Shown here: positions 20,328 to 31,084 of the stretch, piece after piece
Layout: each line of letters opens with the position of its first letter
Numbering within the stretch: position 1 is the stretch's first letter
DNA from: Candidatus Paceibacter sp.
GTDB taxonomy: Bacteria; Patescibacteriota; Minisyncoccia; UBA9983
Assembly: GCA_013360865.1 (NCBI GenBank)
Contig: JABWAS010000003.1
Span: forward strand, 681 to 64,680
DNA length: 64,000 bases
Direction: 5' to 3'
Made by a program: the position numbers and the translations under genes
The notes under the pieces: generated by a model
What the model was told of the DNA's origin: nothing
The model's database searches: none
The model's input: only the letters and a program-made list of their open reading frames with translations

Positions 20328-20425
20328 TTAAAGTTTTTAAAGTTATAAAGTTCATAAAGTAAGTTTTTTATTTTTCAGATAATCCAAACTTTATAAACTT
20401 TCAACTTTACAAACTTTTAACTTAT
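20328..20425. repeat. Opposed arrays of short (T)AAAGTT / AACTTT repeats
   Basis: tttaaagtttttaaagttataaagttcataaagt faces aaactttataaactttcaactttacaaacttttaactt. Confidence 0.65.
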
Positions 20426-22872
20426 AAGCATGTCATTGACGCGATGCTGTCGTCCGGCTTCATCCTCATTATTCTAACACCTTGCGTCTGCCTGCCCAGC
20501 ACCGGCACTTCCGCCAGCGAAGTCCTGATGACCTGCCCTTTCTGGGAAATGGCAATCATCTCTTCCACTTCGGGGCCGACGATTCTTGCCACCATCAATG
20601 GTCCGGTTTTGGGCGTCACCTTAAAGGTCTTGATGCCCGAGCCGCCCCTTTTCTGCAGCCGGTAATTTTTTATGCCGGTTTTTTTGCCGTAGCCGTTTTG
20701 CCCCATCGTCAAAAGATACTGGTCTTTCTTGCCGTCCGTGGCCACGTCGGCTCCGACAAGCTCGTCTTTTTCCGCCAGCTTGATGCCCCGCACGCCTCCG
20801 GCGGCCCGCCCCATTGCCCGGATATCGGATTCCTTAAACATTATAGACTGACCAAGTTTCGTGGCCAGAATCACATAATCGTTTTTGGAAACAAAATGGG
20901 TGAACTTCAGCTCGTCGTCTTTCTCCAACCGGATGGCGATGATGCCGTTGCGCCTCACGTCCTTGAAGCTTGAAGCGTCCACTTTTTTGACCGTGCCGTT
21001 TTTGGTGGCCATCACCAGGAAGTTCTGGGCTTCTTTGGCCGATTTGGGCGCCACCAAAACCGAGGTGACTTTTTCCTCGCCGGAAAGAGCCAGAAAGTTC
21101 ATAATTGATTTGCCTTTGGTGGCGCGCTTGCCTTCCGATAGTTCGTACATTTTTATCTGGTACACCTTGCCTTTGTCGGTGAAGAAAAGCAGGTCGTCAT
21201 GGGTGTTTGCGGTGACAAAAATATTCACAAAATCTTCTTCTTTTGTTTCAATATCGGCCACCCCCATGCCGCCTCTCTTTTGGGCGCGGTAAGCCTCTGG
21301 GTCCGTCCTTTTTACATAGCCGCCCTTGGTCAGCGTCATCACCTGGTCTTTTGATTCCACAAGATCTTCCTCCGACATCACTTTGGCGGCGCGGGACATG
21401 ACTTTCGTCCTTCTTTCGTCGGCGTATTTGTTTCTCACTTCCGTAAGCTCATCTCTGATGACCTTCATTATTTTCTTCGGGTCGGCCAAAAGAGAGCGCA
21501 AGTCTTTGATGAGTTTTTGCTTCTCCTTCAGCTCGTCTTCAATTTTCTGCCGCTCCAGATTGGCCAATGACTGCAGCTTCATCTCCAGAATGGCGTTGGC
21601 TTGTTTGTCGGAAAATTTGAACTTGGCCATCAACTGCTTCTGGGCGTCGTCCCTGTCTTTGGATGCCCGGATGGTTTTGATTATCGCGTCAATGTGGTCC
21701 AGCGCTTTCTTCAAACCTTCCAATATATGAGCGCGGTCCAACGCCCGGTTGAGGTCATACTGCGTTCTGCGGCGCACCACTACTTCGCGGTGATTAACGA
21801 AGTGCTGCAAAATTTCCTTCAAACGCAATACCTGCGGCTGGAGACCGTCCACCAAAGCGATCATGTTGAAGTGGAAAGTCTTTTCCAAATCGGTGTGTTT
21901 GTACAGATTGTTTAAAACATTCTGCGGATTGATGCCTGTTTTCAGGTCAATGACTATTCGCACTTTTTCTTCCCTGTCGGATTCGTCGCGGATGTCTCTT
22001 ATGCCTTCTATTTTTTTGTCCCGCACCAGGTCGGCCATCTTCATTATCATTTCCGATTTGTTAACCTGATACGGAATGGATGAGATTATTATCTGGAAAC
22101 CGCTTCTGTCCGACTCCACTATCTCCGCTTCGCCCCGGGTGACCACGCCGCCGCGGCCGGTGGCGTAAGCCTGCTGGATGTCTTTGGCGTTGAATATCAG
22201 ACCGCCGGTCGGAAAATCCGGCCCTTTGACGAATTGCATCAGGTCGTCCAAAGAAGCTTCCGGATTGTCTATAAGATGGTTAGTGGCGTCTATAACTTCC
22301 CCGAGGTTGTGCGGCGGGATACTGGTCGCCATACCCACGGCGATGCCGAAAGAGCCGTTAATTATAAGTTGAGGAACGGCGGCCGGAAGAACTGACGGCT
22401 CCATCAATCGGTTGTCGTAATTAGGCTTGAAGTCCACCGTTTCTTTTTGGATGTCTTCAAGCATCTGGCCGGCCACGGAAGTCATTCTGGCTTCGGTGTA
22501 CCTCATGGCCGCTGGCGAGTCGCCGTCTATGGAACCCCAGTTGCCCTGGCCGTCCACCAGCGGGTATCTCATCAAAAAGTCCTGGGCCATTCTGGCCATG
22601 GCGTCGTAAACGGGAATGTCGCCGTGGGGATGATATTTACCGAGCGTGTCGCCGACGATGGCCGCCGACTTCAAAAATTTAGCCGAGTGGCTCAAGCCGG
22701 CCTGATGCATGGTGTAAAGAATTTTCCGGTGCACCGGTTTGAGTCCGTCGCGTACGTCCGGCAAGGCGCGGGACACGATGACGGAAACGGCGTAGTCTAT
22801 GAAAGACTCCCGCATTTCCTGCGAGATGTCTCTTTTTACGACTCTTGTTTCTTTATTATTGTTGTTCTCCAT
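20422..22872 (-). CDS. gyrA: DNA gyrase subunit A
   Basis: [28 protein letters not shown] (catalytic Tyr), GyrA box QKRGGMG. Confidence 0.98.
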   Translation of the reverse strand: MENNNNKETRVVKRDISQEMRESFIDYAVSVIVSRALPDVRDGLKPVHRKILYTMHQAGLSHSAKFLKSAAIVGDTLGKYHPHGDIPVYDAMARMAQDFLMRYPLVDGQGNWGSIDGDSPAAMRYTEARMTSVAGQMLEDIQKETVDFKPNYDNRLMEPSVLPAAVPQLIINGSFGIAVGMATSIPPHNLGEVIDATNHLIDNPEASLDDLMQFVKGPDFPTGGLIFNAKDIQQAYATGRGGVVTRGEAEIVESDRSGFQIIISSIPYQVNKSEMIMKMADLVRDKKIEGIRDIRDESDREEKVRIVIDLKTGINPQNVLNNLYKHTDLEKTFHFNMIALVDGLQPQVLRLKEILQHFVNHREVVVRRRTQYDLNRALDRAHILEGLKKALDHIDAIIKTIRASKDRDDAQKQLMAKFKFSDKQANAILEMKLQSLANLERQKIEDELKEKQKLIKDLRSLLADPKKIMKVIRDELTEVRNKYADERRTKVMSRAAKVMSEEDLVESKDQVMTLTKGGYVKRTDPEAYRAQKRGGMGVADIETKEEDFVNIFVTANTHDDLLFFTDKGKVYQIKMYELSEGKRATKGKSIMNFLALSGEEKVTSVLVAPKSAKEAQNFLVMATKNGTVKKVDASSFKDVRRNGIIAIRLEKDDELKFTHFVSKNDYVILATKLGQSIMFKESDIRAMGRAAGGVRGIKLAEKDELVGADVATDGKKDQYLLTMGQNGYGKKTGIKNYRLQKRGGSGIKTFKVTPKTGPLMVARIVGPEVEEMIAISQKGQVIRTSLAEVPVLGRQTQGVRIMRMKPDDSIASMTCL

Positions 22873-23188
22873 TTATTTCTTCTTCTGCCGTCGCTTCTGT
22901 TTCCGTTATTTCCGCCTCGTTTGTTTCCGCTTCATCCAAACTTCCTGCCATATCGCTTAAACCGCCAGCCATTTGCGCCACCCCATCCTCAACCATCTCT
23001 TTAAATACGGCAAACGGCGACGATACGGCGGTTTCTTTTTTCAGGCTTTCTCCCGTCGTCAGCCTCAATGTGGAAACCCAGGCGGCTACTATAATAAACA
23101 TAATAACAAAAAGGCTGACAAAAACTATCCGCCGTTTTACATGGTCGGGCTTTTTCTGCATATTTTCTATTTTATCAATTAAAGACAT
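22856..23188 (-). CDS. Small single-TM hypothetical protein
   Basis: [11 protein letters not shown], acidic tail; overlaps the gyrA start. Confidence 0.7.
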   Translation of the reverse strand: MSLIDKIENMQKKPDHVKRRIVFVSLFVIMFIIVAAWVSTLRLTTGESLKKETAVSSPFAVFKEMVEDGVAQMAGGLSDMAGSLDEAETNEAEITETEATAEEEINGEQQ

Positions 23189-23197
23189 CTCTTTAAT

Positions 23198-23323
23198 AAA
23201 TCCGAATATCGAAATTCGAAACAATATCTAAATTCAAATATTTAAATCCTAAAAGTTTTGAATTTTGATTTTCCATCATTTTGAATTTGTTTCGAATTTC
23301 GTGCTTCGTGTTTCGTGTTTTAA
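23198..23323. repeat. Degenerate heptamer repeats forming a long inverted structure
   Basis: aaatccgaatatcgaaattcgaaacaa pairs with ttgtttcgaatttcgtgcttcgtgtttcgtgtttt. Confidence 0.7.
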
Positions 23324-23326
23324 TTT

Positions 23327-23959
23327 CTATACCGCCGGCTCCAAAACCACGACTTCCGTCTTTTTGTCCGCCAAATCTTTTCTTTTAATGGTAAGCTTGT
23401 CAGCCGGTTTTACCCCTTCGCTGCCGAACTCTTTCAAAAACTGCTTCAGCTGAACTTCTTTATAATGCATCGGGATGACAATTTTCGGCTCAATGTGGGC
23501 GGCTATGCCAGCAGCTTTCTGCGGGTCCAACGCGCCGCTTCCTCCGATAGGCAGAAAAAGAATGTCCACTTCGCCGACATCGGCTTTGAGCTTCGGGTCA
23601 ATATCTTTTTCGCCAAAGGCGCCCAAGTGGCAGATATTGATATCTTCCAAAGATAGCGCGTAGACGGTGTTTATTTTCCCGCCGTTGGAACCGATACCTT
23701 TTATATGTATTCCTCTGGTTTCGTATTCGCCCTTGCCGTCTATAAGAAGAGTTTTGGCGGATTCGTCGCCTTTTTTGGCCAAATTTTCCCAGCCGTTGTA
23801 ATCCTTGTCGTTTTTGCTGACAAAAACCACATCGGCGCCAAAACGCGGCGATTTGTATTCCGATTCTTTGGCCGGCGGATTAAAAGCCAGCACAAAGTCA
23901 CCCGATTGAACCTTAAAGCACGCCGCGCCGTAATAAGTGATTACCATAAGTGATGACAT
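23327..23959 (-). CDS. MBL-fold metallo-hydrolase (Lactamase_B_3-like), metal motif degenerate
   Basis: ITYYGAACFKV, GEYE, CHLG, VDILFLPIGG, PKIVIPMHY; SKNDKDYN replaces the usual His-rich motif. Confidence 0.8.
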   Translation of the reverse strand: MSSLMVITYYGAACFKVQSGDFVLAFNPPAKESEYKSPRFGADVVFVSKNDKDYNGWENLAKKGDESAKTLLIDGKGEYETRGIHIKGIGSNGGKINTVYALSLEDINICHLGAFGEKDIDPKLKADVGEVDILFLPIGGSGALDPQKAAGIAAHIEPKIVIPMHYKEVQLKQFLKEFGSEGVKPADKLTIKRKDLADKKTEVVVLEPAV

Positions 23960-24065
23960 TTTAGCAAAATTTTAGAAAACGATATAGAGTTGACAAAGTA
24001 CCATAAATATTGTTATTCTGTGGAATTTTCACCCTTATAAATATCAATTTTAAAAAAAGGAGAGA

Positions 24066-24504
24066 ACGCCGGATTAAGTTCTTTTTCTTGTAAAACTTGT
24101 ATATGGCGGTGGCGGAAACATCGGTATTGAATTTTCTTTTAATTAACATTCTCATTTTCTTCGGACCGTAATTCAATCTCAACTTTTGTTCACTGATAAA
24201 TATTTTCAATTCACCCTTGATTTTTGTCTCCGGACGTTCTTTCTTTGACGCGTATATTATTGAACCGCAATCAATGTTTTTCCATTTGTAATATGTTTTG
24301 CGAGAGATGAAATACAAACCGCACACTTCATCAACCGTTTTCCCCAATTTCTCGACCAAAAAATACCACTTTCTCCTGACTTTGGGCGCGTACGCCGCTG
24401 ACTGCTTTTTGTTGGCCATGTGATTAAATTGTTATCTGGTAAAGATGGTTAACCTTTGTCACCTCAATTTACCAGAAATGTCACCCCATATGGCTAACTG
24501 TACG
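24066..24504 (-). mobile_element. Truncated IS481-like element (left end plus HTH part of the transposase)
   Basis: VCGLYFISRKTYYKW HTH, YGPKK, SATAIYK; no DDE domain; end CGTACAGTTAGCC with repeated GGTGACA sites. Confidence 0.65.
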
Positions 24505-24616
24505 AAAACTTGCAATATTTTTTATGTTATACTACTTTTATGTGCAAAACTTGCGCAAAACACAACCCGAAGAAAAAGGGTAAAAAGAAAAAGTAAATTA
24601 TTCAACCAATAAACTT

Positions 24617-25270
<654 letters not shown>

Positions 25271-25758
25271 CGGCGCGAAATTTTTTTCTAAAACGGGAAT
25301 ACTGATGGCCGTCGTCAGTTTCTTCGGTCTGCTGGACTCTTCTTACCTTGCCTCCAAACATTACTCCGGCACATTGCCACCCTGCGGCTTGTTCCAGGGC
25401 TGCGACGTGGTGACAACGAGCAAATTCGCCGAGATCGGCGGAGTTTCCGTGGCTTTACTCGGGGCGATATATTATCTTGTCGTCCTTCTGGTTTCCATAA
25501 TTTACCTGCAGACAAAAAATAAAAAAATTCTTTTCTTCCTCTCCTTATTCGTCCCCGTCGGGTTCGCGGCTTCGGCGTGGTTCTTTTTCGTGCAGGCCTT
25601 CGTTCTAAAATATTTCTGCGCTTACTGCCTGTTCTCCGCTTTCACCTCCACCACTCTTTTCGTCATAGGATTGGCGACATTTTTCCGACTCAAAAAAGAA
25701 ATTCACACCGGAGTATTGCAAGAAAATCCGGCAGGATTATAATGATTTTTTGTTTATT

Positions 25759-27489
25759 ATGAACTCCGGCGCCGGTTTTGGGTTTCTTTTTGCCAATTTA
25801 AAAAGAAACTGGAAGTCAGGGATCACCGTTTCCCTCGTATCCATACCGCTTTCGGTTTCTTTGGCCGTGGCCGCCAATGCCACGCCGCTGATGGGCATCA
25901 TTACCGGCGTCTGGGCCGGATTGATTGCTTCGTTTTTCGGCGGCAGCAACTTCAACATTGTCGGGCCGACCGGCGCCCTGTCCGGGATTTTGGCGATGTT
26001 CGCCATCACCCACGGCGTCGGCGCTCTGCCGGCCTTGGCCGTGGCCAGCGGCGTTATAATCCTCGTCTCCTTCGCCCTGCATTTGGAAAAATACATCATT
26101 CTTATCCCCTCCAGCGTCATCCATGGGTTTACTTTGGGCGTAGCCTTTATCATCGGGCTCAACCAGCTCAACTACGCGCTCGGCCTGCAGGGACTTCCGG
26201 CGCACGAAAAGTTCATCAACAACGTGGCCGAATCATTAAGGCACATCGGCCGGTTTGACGTCTGGGCGTTGGCGCTTTTCGCCATAACTTTGTGCATCCT
26301 GTTCGTGTTTTTGAAACTTGTTCCCAAAATCCCCGGACCGATAATCGTGGCGCCGCTGGGAATATTTTTGGGTTACCTTTCCGAAAACGGAATGATAGAA
26401 GCGCAGTTCCAAACCCTGCACACGAAGTTCGGGGAGATCGGCTCGCAGATAGCGCAACTGCCGTCTTTCTCGTCGTTTTTCGGCAATTTTACGGATATGG
26501 GTTTGATAAAGGCCTCGTTGGCTATCGCCGTCGTGGCCATTCTGGAGACGCTCATCTCGGCCAAAATCGCCGACGGCATGACCAAAACAAAATCCAAGCC
26601 CCGCAAGGAAATGTTCGGTCTCGGTCTGGCCAACATCGCTTCCGGACTTTTCGGCGGCATACCGGCCACCGCCGCACTGGCCCGGACTTCGCTTAACGTG
26701 AAAAGCGGCGCGACTCACAAAATGTCGGCCACCATCAGCAGCATTATGATAGCCGCGATATCGCTGATGTTTCTCTCTTACTTCAAATATTTGCCCATGG
26801 CCGTGGTGGCTTCTATCCTGGTTTACGTGGCTTTCCGCATGGTGGAAGCGGAGCACTTCAAACACATTTACACCCACGACAAATCCGCCTTCGGCCTCAC
26901 TCTGGCCGTGGCCGGCATCACCGTCGCCCAGGACCCGATAATCGGCATTTTGGTCGGCTCGGTCATCGCCCTGCTTATTTTCGTCAACCAACTTTCCAAA
27001 GGACAGAGCGAAATAATCATCAACAAAGACAAAAAAATGATCGCCCGCATCCAGACGCTCAAATTCAACGAAATAGAAAAACATTCCGGAGACGTGGTGG
27101 TGTACAGAATGGCCGGCCAGATGAATTACATCAATTCCCAATCGCATTTGGACAATTTGAGCAAGATAAACGGAGCGCACACGGTCGTCCTTAATTTCAG
27201 AAACTTATTCCACATAGACTTGGACGGGCTGGACGCTCTGGAGGAAATAGTTTCTTCCAACGAGGCCAAAGGGAAAAAGGTGATGGTGACCAGCGCGGGG
27301 CCGTTTATTCTGCCGGCGCTGGAAAGAGAGCCCTGGTACCAAGGCTTGAAAAGCAAGGGTTTAATTTTCAACAGCACCACGGACGCTTTGGAATCGCTTG
27401 GTTTTAAACTGGACAAAAACGCGGGCAAAGACGGCAAAGGCGGGGCGCTATTGCAGGATTGCGTTCAGTGTGGTACAGTAGATAACTAG
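25759..27489 (+). CDS. SulP/SLC26 anion transporter with STAS domain
   Basis: GITVSLVSIPLS, GPTGA, VIHGFTLG, GGIPATAALART, C-terminal STAS (IDLDGLDAL). Confidence 0.93.
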   Translation: MNSGAGFGFLFANLKRNWKSGITVSLVSIPLSVSLAVAANATPLMGIITGVWAGLIASFFGGSNFNIVGPTGALSGILAMFAITHGVGALPALAVASGVIILVSFALHLEKYIILIPSSVIHGFTLGVAFIIGLNQLNYALGLQGLPAHEKFINNVAESLRHIGRFDVWALALFAITLCILFVFLKLVPKIPGPIIVAPLGIFLGYLSENGMIEAQFQTLHTKFGEIGSQIAQLPSFSSFFGNFTDMGLIKASLAIAVVAILETLISAKIADGMTKTKSKPRKEMFGLGLANIASGLFGGIPATAALARTSLNVKSGATHKMSATISSIMIAAISLMFLSYFKYLPMAVVASILVYVAFRMVEAEHFKHIYTHDKSAFGLTLAVAGITVAQDPIIGILVGSVIALLIFVNQLSKGQSEIIINKDKKMIARIQTLKFNEIEKHSGDVVVYRMAGQMNYINSQSHLDNLSKINGAHTVVLNFRNLFHIDLDGLDALEEIVSSNEAKGKKVMVTSAGPFILPALEREPWYQGLKSKGLIFNSTTDALESLGFKLDKNAGKDGKGGALLQDCVQCGTVDN

Positions 27490-27567
27490 AAACGTTTTCT
27501 TTTAAATAAAAAGCCGGAATGCCGGTTATATAAATATAAATATTTATTTTATAAGGAGAATTATTAT

Positions 27568-27789
27568 ATGAGTACAGTCGTCGTGGCAAAGAGAAAGAGG
27601 GGGACCAAAAGAACGCAAGAAATTATTTCAGTTGCTGCAATATATTGCACACACACCGGATTATTCTGTGCCACCCATGCCGGTTGCGTGTGGCTAAAAA
27701 GAAGCAAATCGCCCACTGATCTCTGTTTCACCCAGGAAAAAAACATGGAAGCGACGCAGATAAATGAGTACGAAACAATGCTTCGTTGA
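27568..27789 (+). CDS. Small Cys/His-rich hypothetical protein
   Basis: SD TAAGGAG; CTHTGLFCATHAGC..C; followed by a terminator hairpin. Confidence 0.45.
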   Translation: MSTVVVAKRKRGTKRTQEIISVAAIYCTHTGLFCATHAGCVWLKRSKSPTDLCFTQEKNMEATQINEYETMLR

Positions 27790-27827
27790 GCTAGCTATTT
27801 AATTTTTTATATTTTATCTCCTTAAAC

Positions 27828-27858
27828 AGCCCCGCCAGAGGTCGGGGCTTTGTTTTTT
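27828..27858 (+). terminator. Intrinsic terminator
   Basis: AGCCCCG-ccagaggt-CGGGGCT then TTGTTTTTT. Confidence 0.7.
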
Positions 27859-27894
27859 CATTTTAAAAGTCCCCTTTTGCTGTATAATAATTGG

Positions 27895-28440
27895 ATGGCG
27901 CTGATACAAAATATTGACCTCTGGGCGGCCGGTTACGCCGAATCAATACGGAGCGTTTTTTTGACTTCGTTTTTCAAGACTGTCACTTACTTAGGCGAGT
28001 GGTCTATTGTTCTGGCGGTAGCCATAATCGTCGCTTTAGTTTTGATTACCAAAGGGAAAAAGGTTTATGCCCTCACTCTGGCCTTGATAACATTTTTAAG
28101 TATCGGCTCCGTCTTTATTTTAAAATACGCTATTCAACGCCCACGGCCAATTGACGGCATTATTGACGAAACTTCATTTTCTTTCCCCAGTCTTCATGCC
28201 GTTCTTTCCGTAGCTTTTTATGGTCTGATAATTTATTTTTTGTGGGAAAGATTTAAAAGCCCGCGGTTCCGCTTTTTTAAAATATTATTCGGCCTTGTTT
28301 TGGTGTTGTTTATCGGCTTCAGCCGCGTTTATCTTGGCGTGCATTATTTGAGCGACGTGCTGGGCGGTTATCTTTTGGGGCTGTTCTGGCTGACGGCCGG
28401 AATTTACGCTTCTTTTAAAAGTGGCAAGGCGAGACCTTGA
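27895..28440 (+). CDS. PAP2 family phosphatase
   Basis: KYAIQRPRP, SFPSLH, SRVYLGVHYLSDV; start at ATG 27895 after TATAAT. Confidence 0.92.
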   Translation: MALIQNIDLWAAGYAESIRSVFLTSFFKTVTYLGEWSIVLAVAIIVALVLITKGKKVYALTLALITFLSIGSVFILKYAIQRPRPIDGIIDETSFSFPSLHAVLSVAFYGLIIYFLWERFKSPRFRFFKILFGLVLVLFIGFSRVYLGVHYLSDVLGGYLLGLFWLTAGIYASFKSGKARP

Positions 28441-28473
28441 CATAAGTCATGTCAAGGTCTCGCCTTGCCACTT
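28419..28473. repeat. REP-like nested double palindrome C (supplies the PAP2 stop codon)
   Basis: GGCAAGG-cgaga-CCTTGAC ataagtcat GTCAAGG-tctcg-CCTTGCC. Confidence 0.85.
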
Positions 28474-28492
28474 GCCAAAACCATAATCAACC

Positions 28493-30604
28493 ATGACTTT
28501 AAACTCCCCCTTTGAAGAAAATTTCCGCCTGACGGAAAGGCAAAAAGACGGCCTGGCCAAACTCGGGCTTAAGACCTCGCGCGATTTGCTTTTTTACTTC
28601 CCTTCCCGCTACGAACATTTTTCGGAAAGGAAAAATATCATTGATTTGGCGGAGGGCGACAAAACCACCGTCTTCGGCGAAGTGCTGGAAGCGGAAACTT
28701 CCAAAACCTGGCGCAAAAAAATGGCCATATCGGAAATAACCGTGGGCGACAACACCGGCCTGTTGAATGCCGTCTGGTTTCGCCAGCCCTACGTGGCCAA
28801 AATGCTTAAAATCGGCGACAAGGTGGCGCTTACCGGAAAAATTTCCATCGGCAAATCCGGCTTTTACGTCAGCAACCCGTCTTTTGAGAAAATAAGTTCT
28901 TACGAAGCGTTGGGCGAAGGTTCAATGATTCTGCCGATTTATCCGGAAACTGTCGGCATCACTTCACGATGGCTGCGCTTCGCCGTTGACCGTATTCTTA
29001 AAAAAGTCGGCCTGACGGAGCTGCAAGACCCACTGCCGGAAAAAGTTCTAGCCAAATATCATCTGCCCTCTCTCGCCTCTTCTCTTATCTACATTCACAA
29101 ACCGCAGAAAGAAAGCGACGCCCAAGCCGCCCGCAAAAGATTCGCTTTTGAAGAAATATTTTTCATCCAACTCGCCAGACTTAAACAACGCGCCGAAGTT
29201 GAGAAGAAACACTCTTACGCCGTCAAATGCGCGCCGGAAGAACTGGAAAATTTGTTTTCTCTTTTTCCTTTCCAGCTCACAAACTCGCAGGAAAATTCCA
29301 TCCGGGCGATAGCGGAAGACTTCCAAAAAAATCATCCGATGTCGCGTCTTTTGGAGGGCGACGTCGGTTCGGGCAAAACGGCCGTGGCAGTGGCCGCCAG
29401 TTTTATGGTTTTAAACAGCGGCCTGCAAACGGCCTATATGGCCCCGACAGAAATTCTGGCCGAACAGCACTTCAAATCTTTCATCGGCTATTTTTCCCAA
29501 CTCCGGCGGCCGGCAAAAATCGGACTTATCACATCCTCCGGCTGCAAAAAATTCCCCTCCAAGGTAAACGTCGGCCAACCGACGCCGATATCAAAAAGCC
29601 AGCTGCTTAAATGGGTGGAAAACGGAGAAATACCGATACTGATAGGCACTCACTCGCTGATTCAGGAAAGCGTGAGGTTTAAAAACCTGGCGCTGGCGAT
29701 AATAGACGAGCAGCACCGCTTCGGCACCGGCCAAAGAGCGCTTCTGGCCTCCCAAAAATCGGACAAAATTCCCCATCTTCTCTCCATGACCGCCACGCCC
29801 ATTCCCCGCACCCTGGCTTTGACCGCCTACGGCGACCTTGATTTGTCTTTGCTGGACGAGCTGCCGCAGGGGCGCAAAAAGATAATTACTCGCGCGATTT
29901 CGCCTAGTGGCAGAGATTCGGCTTACGAAGAAATAAGGAAAGAAATTTCCGCCGGACGGCAAGCGTTCGTTATCTGCCCAAGAATAGACGAGCCAGACGA
30001 AGAAAAAATAAACGCGCTTAACGTTAAAGCGGTAAAAGAGGAGGCCAAAAGACTGAAGAAAGAAATTTTCCCGGAATTTGAGGTCGGGATGCTGCACGGC
30101 AAAATGTTGCCGAAAGAAAAAGAAGAAGCGCTGAGCGATTTTAAAAAAGGAAAGACGAATATTCTGGTCGCCACCTCCGTGGTGGAAGTCGGCATAGACA
30201 TCCCCAACGCCACCATAATTTTAATAGAAGGGGCGGAAAGGTTCGGCCTCTCCCAGCTTCATCAGCTAAGGGGTCGGGTCGGACGGGGCGAGCACCAATC
30301 TTATTGCTATGTTTTCGCGGAATCAAAATCGCAGAAGACAATGGAAAGACTGAAGGCTTTTGTTGAAGGCAAAAATGGCTTTGAACTGGCCGAGTACGAT
30401 TTGCAGTTGCGCGGGGCCGGCGAGCTCGGCGGTGGCAAACAATGGGGCATATCCGATGTCGGTATGGAAGCTTTAAGAAATATCAAAATGGTGGAAGCGG
30501 CCCGGGAAGAATCGCAAAAAATAATCAAAGACGACCCGGAATTTAAAAAATATCCGTTAATCGCCGAACGGCTCAAAAACGGCAAAAAAATCCATTTTGA
30601 ATAA
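28493..30604 (+). CDS. recG: ATP-dependent DNA helicase RecG
   Basis: GDVGSGKT, APTEILAEQH, DEQHRFG, MTATPIPRT, QLHQLRGRVGRG, DLQLRGAGE. Confidence 0.97.
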   Translation: MTLNSPFEENFRLTERQKDGLAKLGLKTSRDLLFYFPSRYEHFSERKNIIDLAEGDKTTVFGEVLEAETSKTWRKKMAISEITVGDNTGLLNAVWFRQPYVAKMLKIGDKVALTGKISIGKSGFYVSNPSFEKISSYEALGEGSMILPIYPETVGITSRWLRFAVDRILKKVGLTELQDPLPEKVLAKYHLPSLASSLIYIHKPQKESDAQAARKRFAFEEIFFIQLARLKQRAEVEKKHSYAVKCAPEELENLFSLFPFQLTNSQENSIRAIAEDFQKNHPMSRLLEGDVGSGKTAVAVAASFMVLNSGLQTAYMAPTEILAEQHFKSFIGYFSQLRRPAKIGLITSSGCKKFPSKVNVGQPTPISKSQLLKWVENGEIPILIGTHSLIQESVRFKNLALAIIDEQHRFGTGQRALLASQKSDKIPHLLSMTATPIPRTLALTAYGDLDLSLLDELPQGRKKIITRAISPSGRDSAYEEIRKEISAGRQAFVICPRIDEPDEEKINALNVKAVKEEAKRLKKEIFPEFEVGMLHGKMLPKEKEEALSDFKKGKTNILVATSVVEVGIDIPNATIILIEGAERFGLSQLHQLRGRVGRGEHQSYCYVFAESKSQKTMERLKAFVEGKNGFELAEYDLQLRGAGELGGGKQWGISDVGMEALRNIKMVEAAREESQKIIKDDPEFKKYPLIAERLKNGKKIHFE

Positions 30605-30668
30605 TTCTTAGTTGGACTCGGTTACAGATTTCTGCGATAGCGGGATTTTGTATCTGATGGTTAAGTTT

Positions 30669-30718
30669 AAAATCAAGGTTAAACCTTGAGATGCTTTTTA
30701 AGGTTTAACCTTGATTTT
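30669..30718. repeat. REP-like nested double palindrome D
   Basis: AAAATCAAGG-ttaaa-CCTTGA gatgctt TTTAAGG-tttaa-CCTTGATTTT. Confidence 0.8.
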
Positions 30719-30729
30719 TTCATTGGGCA

Positions 30730-30759
30730 TTGACAAATACTTACCTAAAATGGTATAAG
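30730..30759 (+). promoter_or_regulatory. Sigma70-type promoter with no downstream ORF
   Basis: TTGACA-18-TATAAG with extended -10 TG. Confidence 0.6.
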
Positions 30760-30779
30760 GTAAAAAATACCTTAAAATA

Positions 30780-31072
30780 AGCGGACGGCGCAACATCTCC
30801 TCCCTGACGCCTGGTCAGCGCAGCGTCAGAATTCAAAACATATCTGTCGTTGTGCCGTTCGCTCAAAATAATCGGCAGGCGAAGGGTTCATAACCCGACT
30901 CGCTTGCCCGGCAAGAATAAGCGCTGGTGAATATACTAATACCGCAAAACCAATTCACCGCCGCGGCATCAACAAGCCGCGCAAGGTTCTTTTCTCCTTG
31001 TTTCTTTACTTGGCTTATTCTTGCCAAATTTTTAAACAAAACTCCAATTCGTTCGTTGGGGTTTTTATTTTT
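30780..31072 (+). ncRNA. Candidate structured non-coding RNA, family not recognised
   Basis: Three consecutive long stems with G-U pairs on the + strand, upstream promoter, terminator-like AAAACTCCAA..TTGGGGTTTTT; no credible ORF. Confidence 0.55.
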
Positions 31073-31084
31073 GAGATAAATAAA

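Noticed and set aside
27420-27489. CxxC (CVQC) at the SulP C-terminus as a redox partner of DsbA/VKOR
   Set aside because: It lies in a tail beyond the cytoplasmic STAS domain that overlaps a promoter-like sequence; probably incidental.
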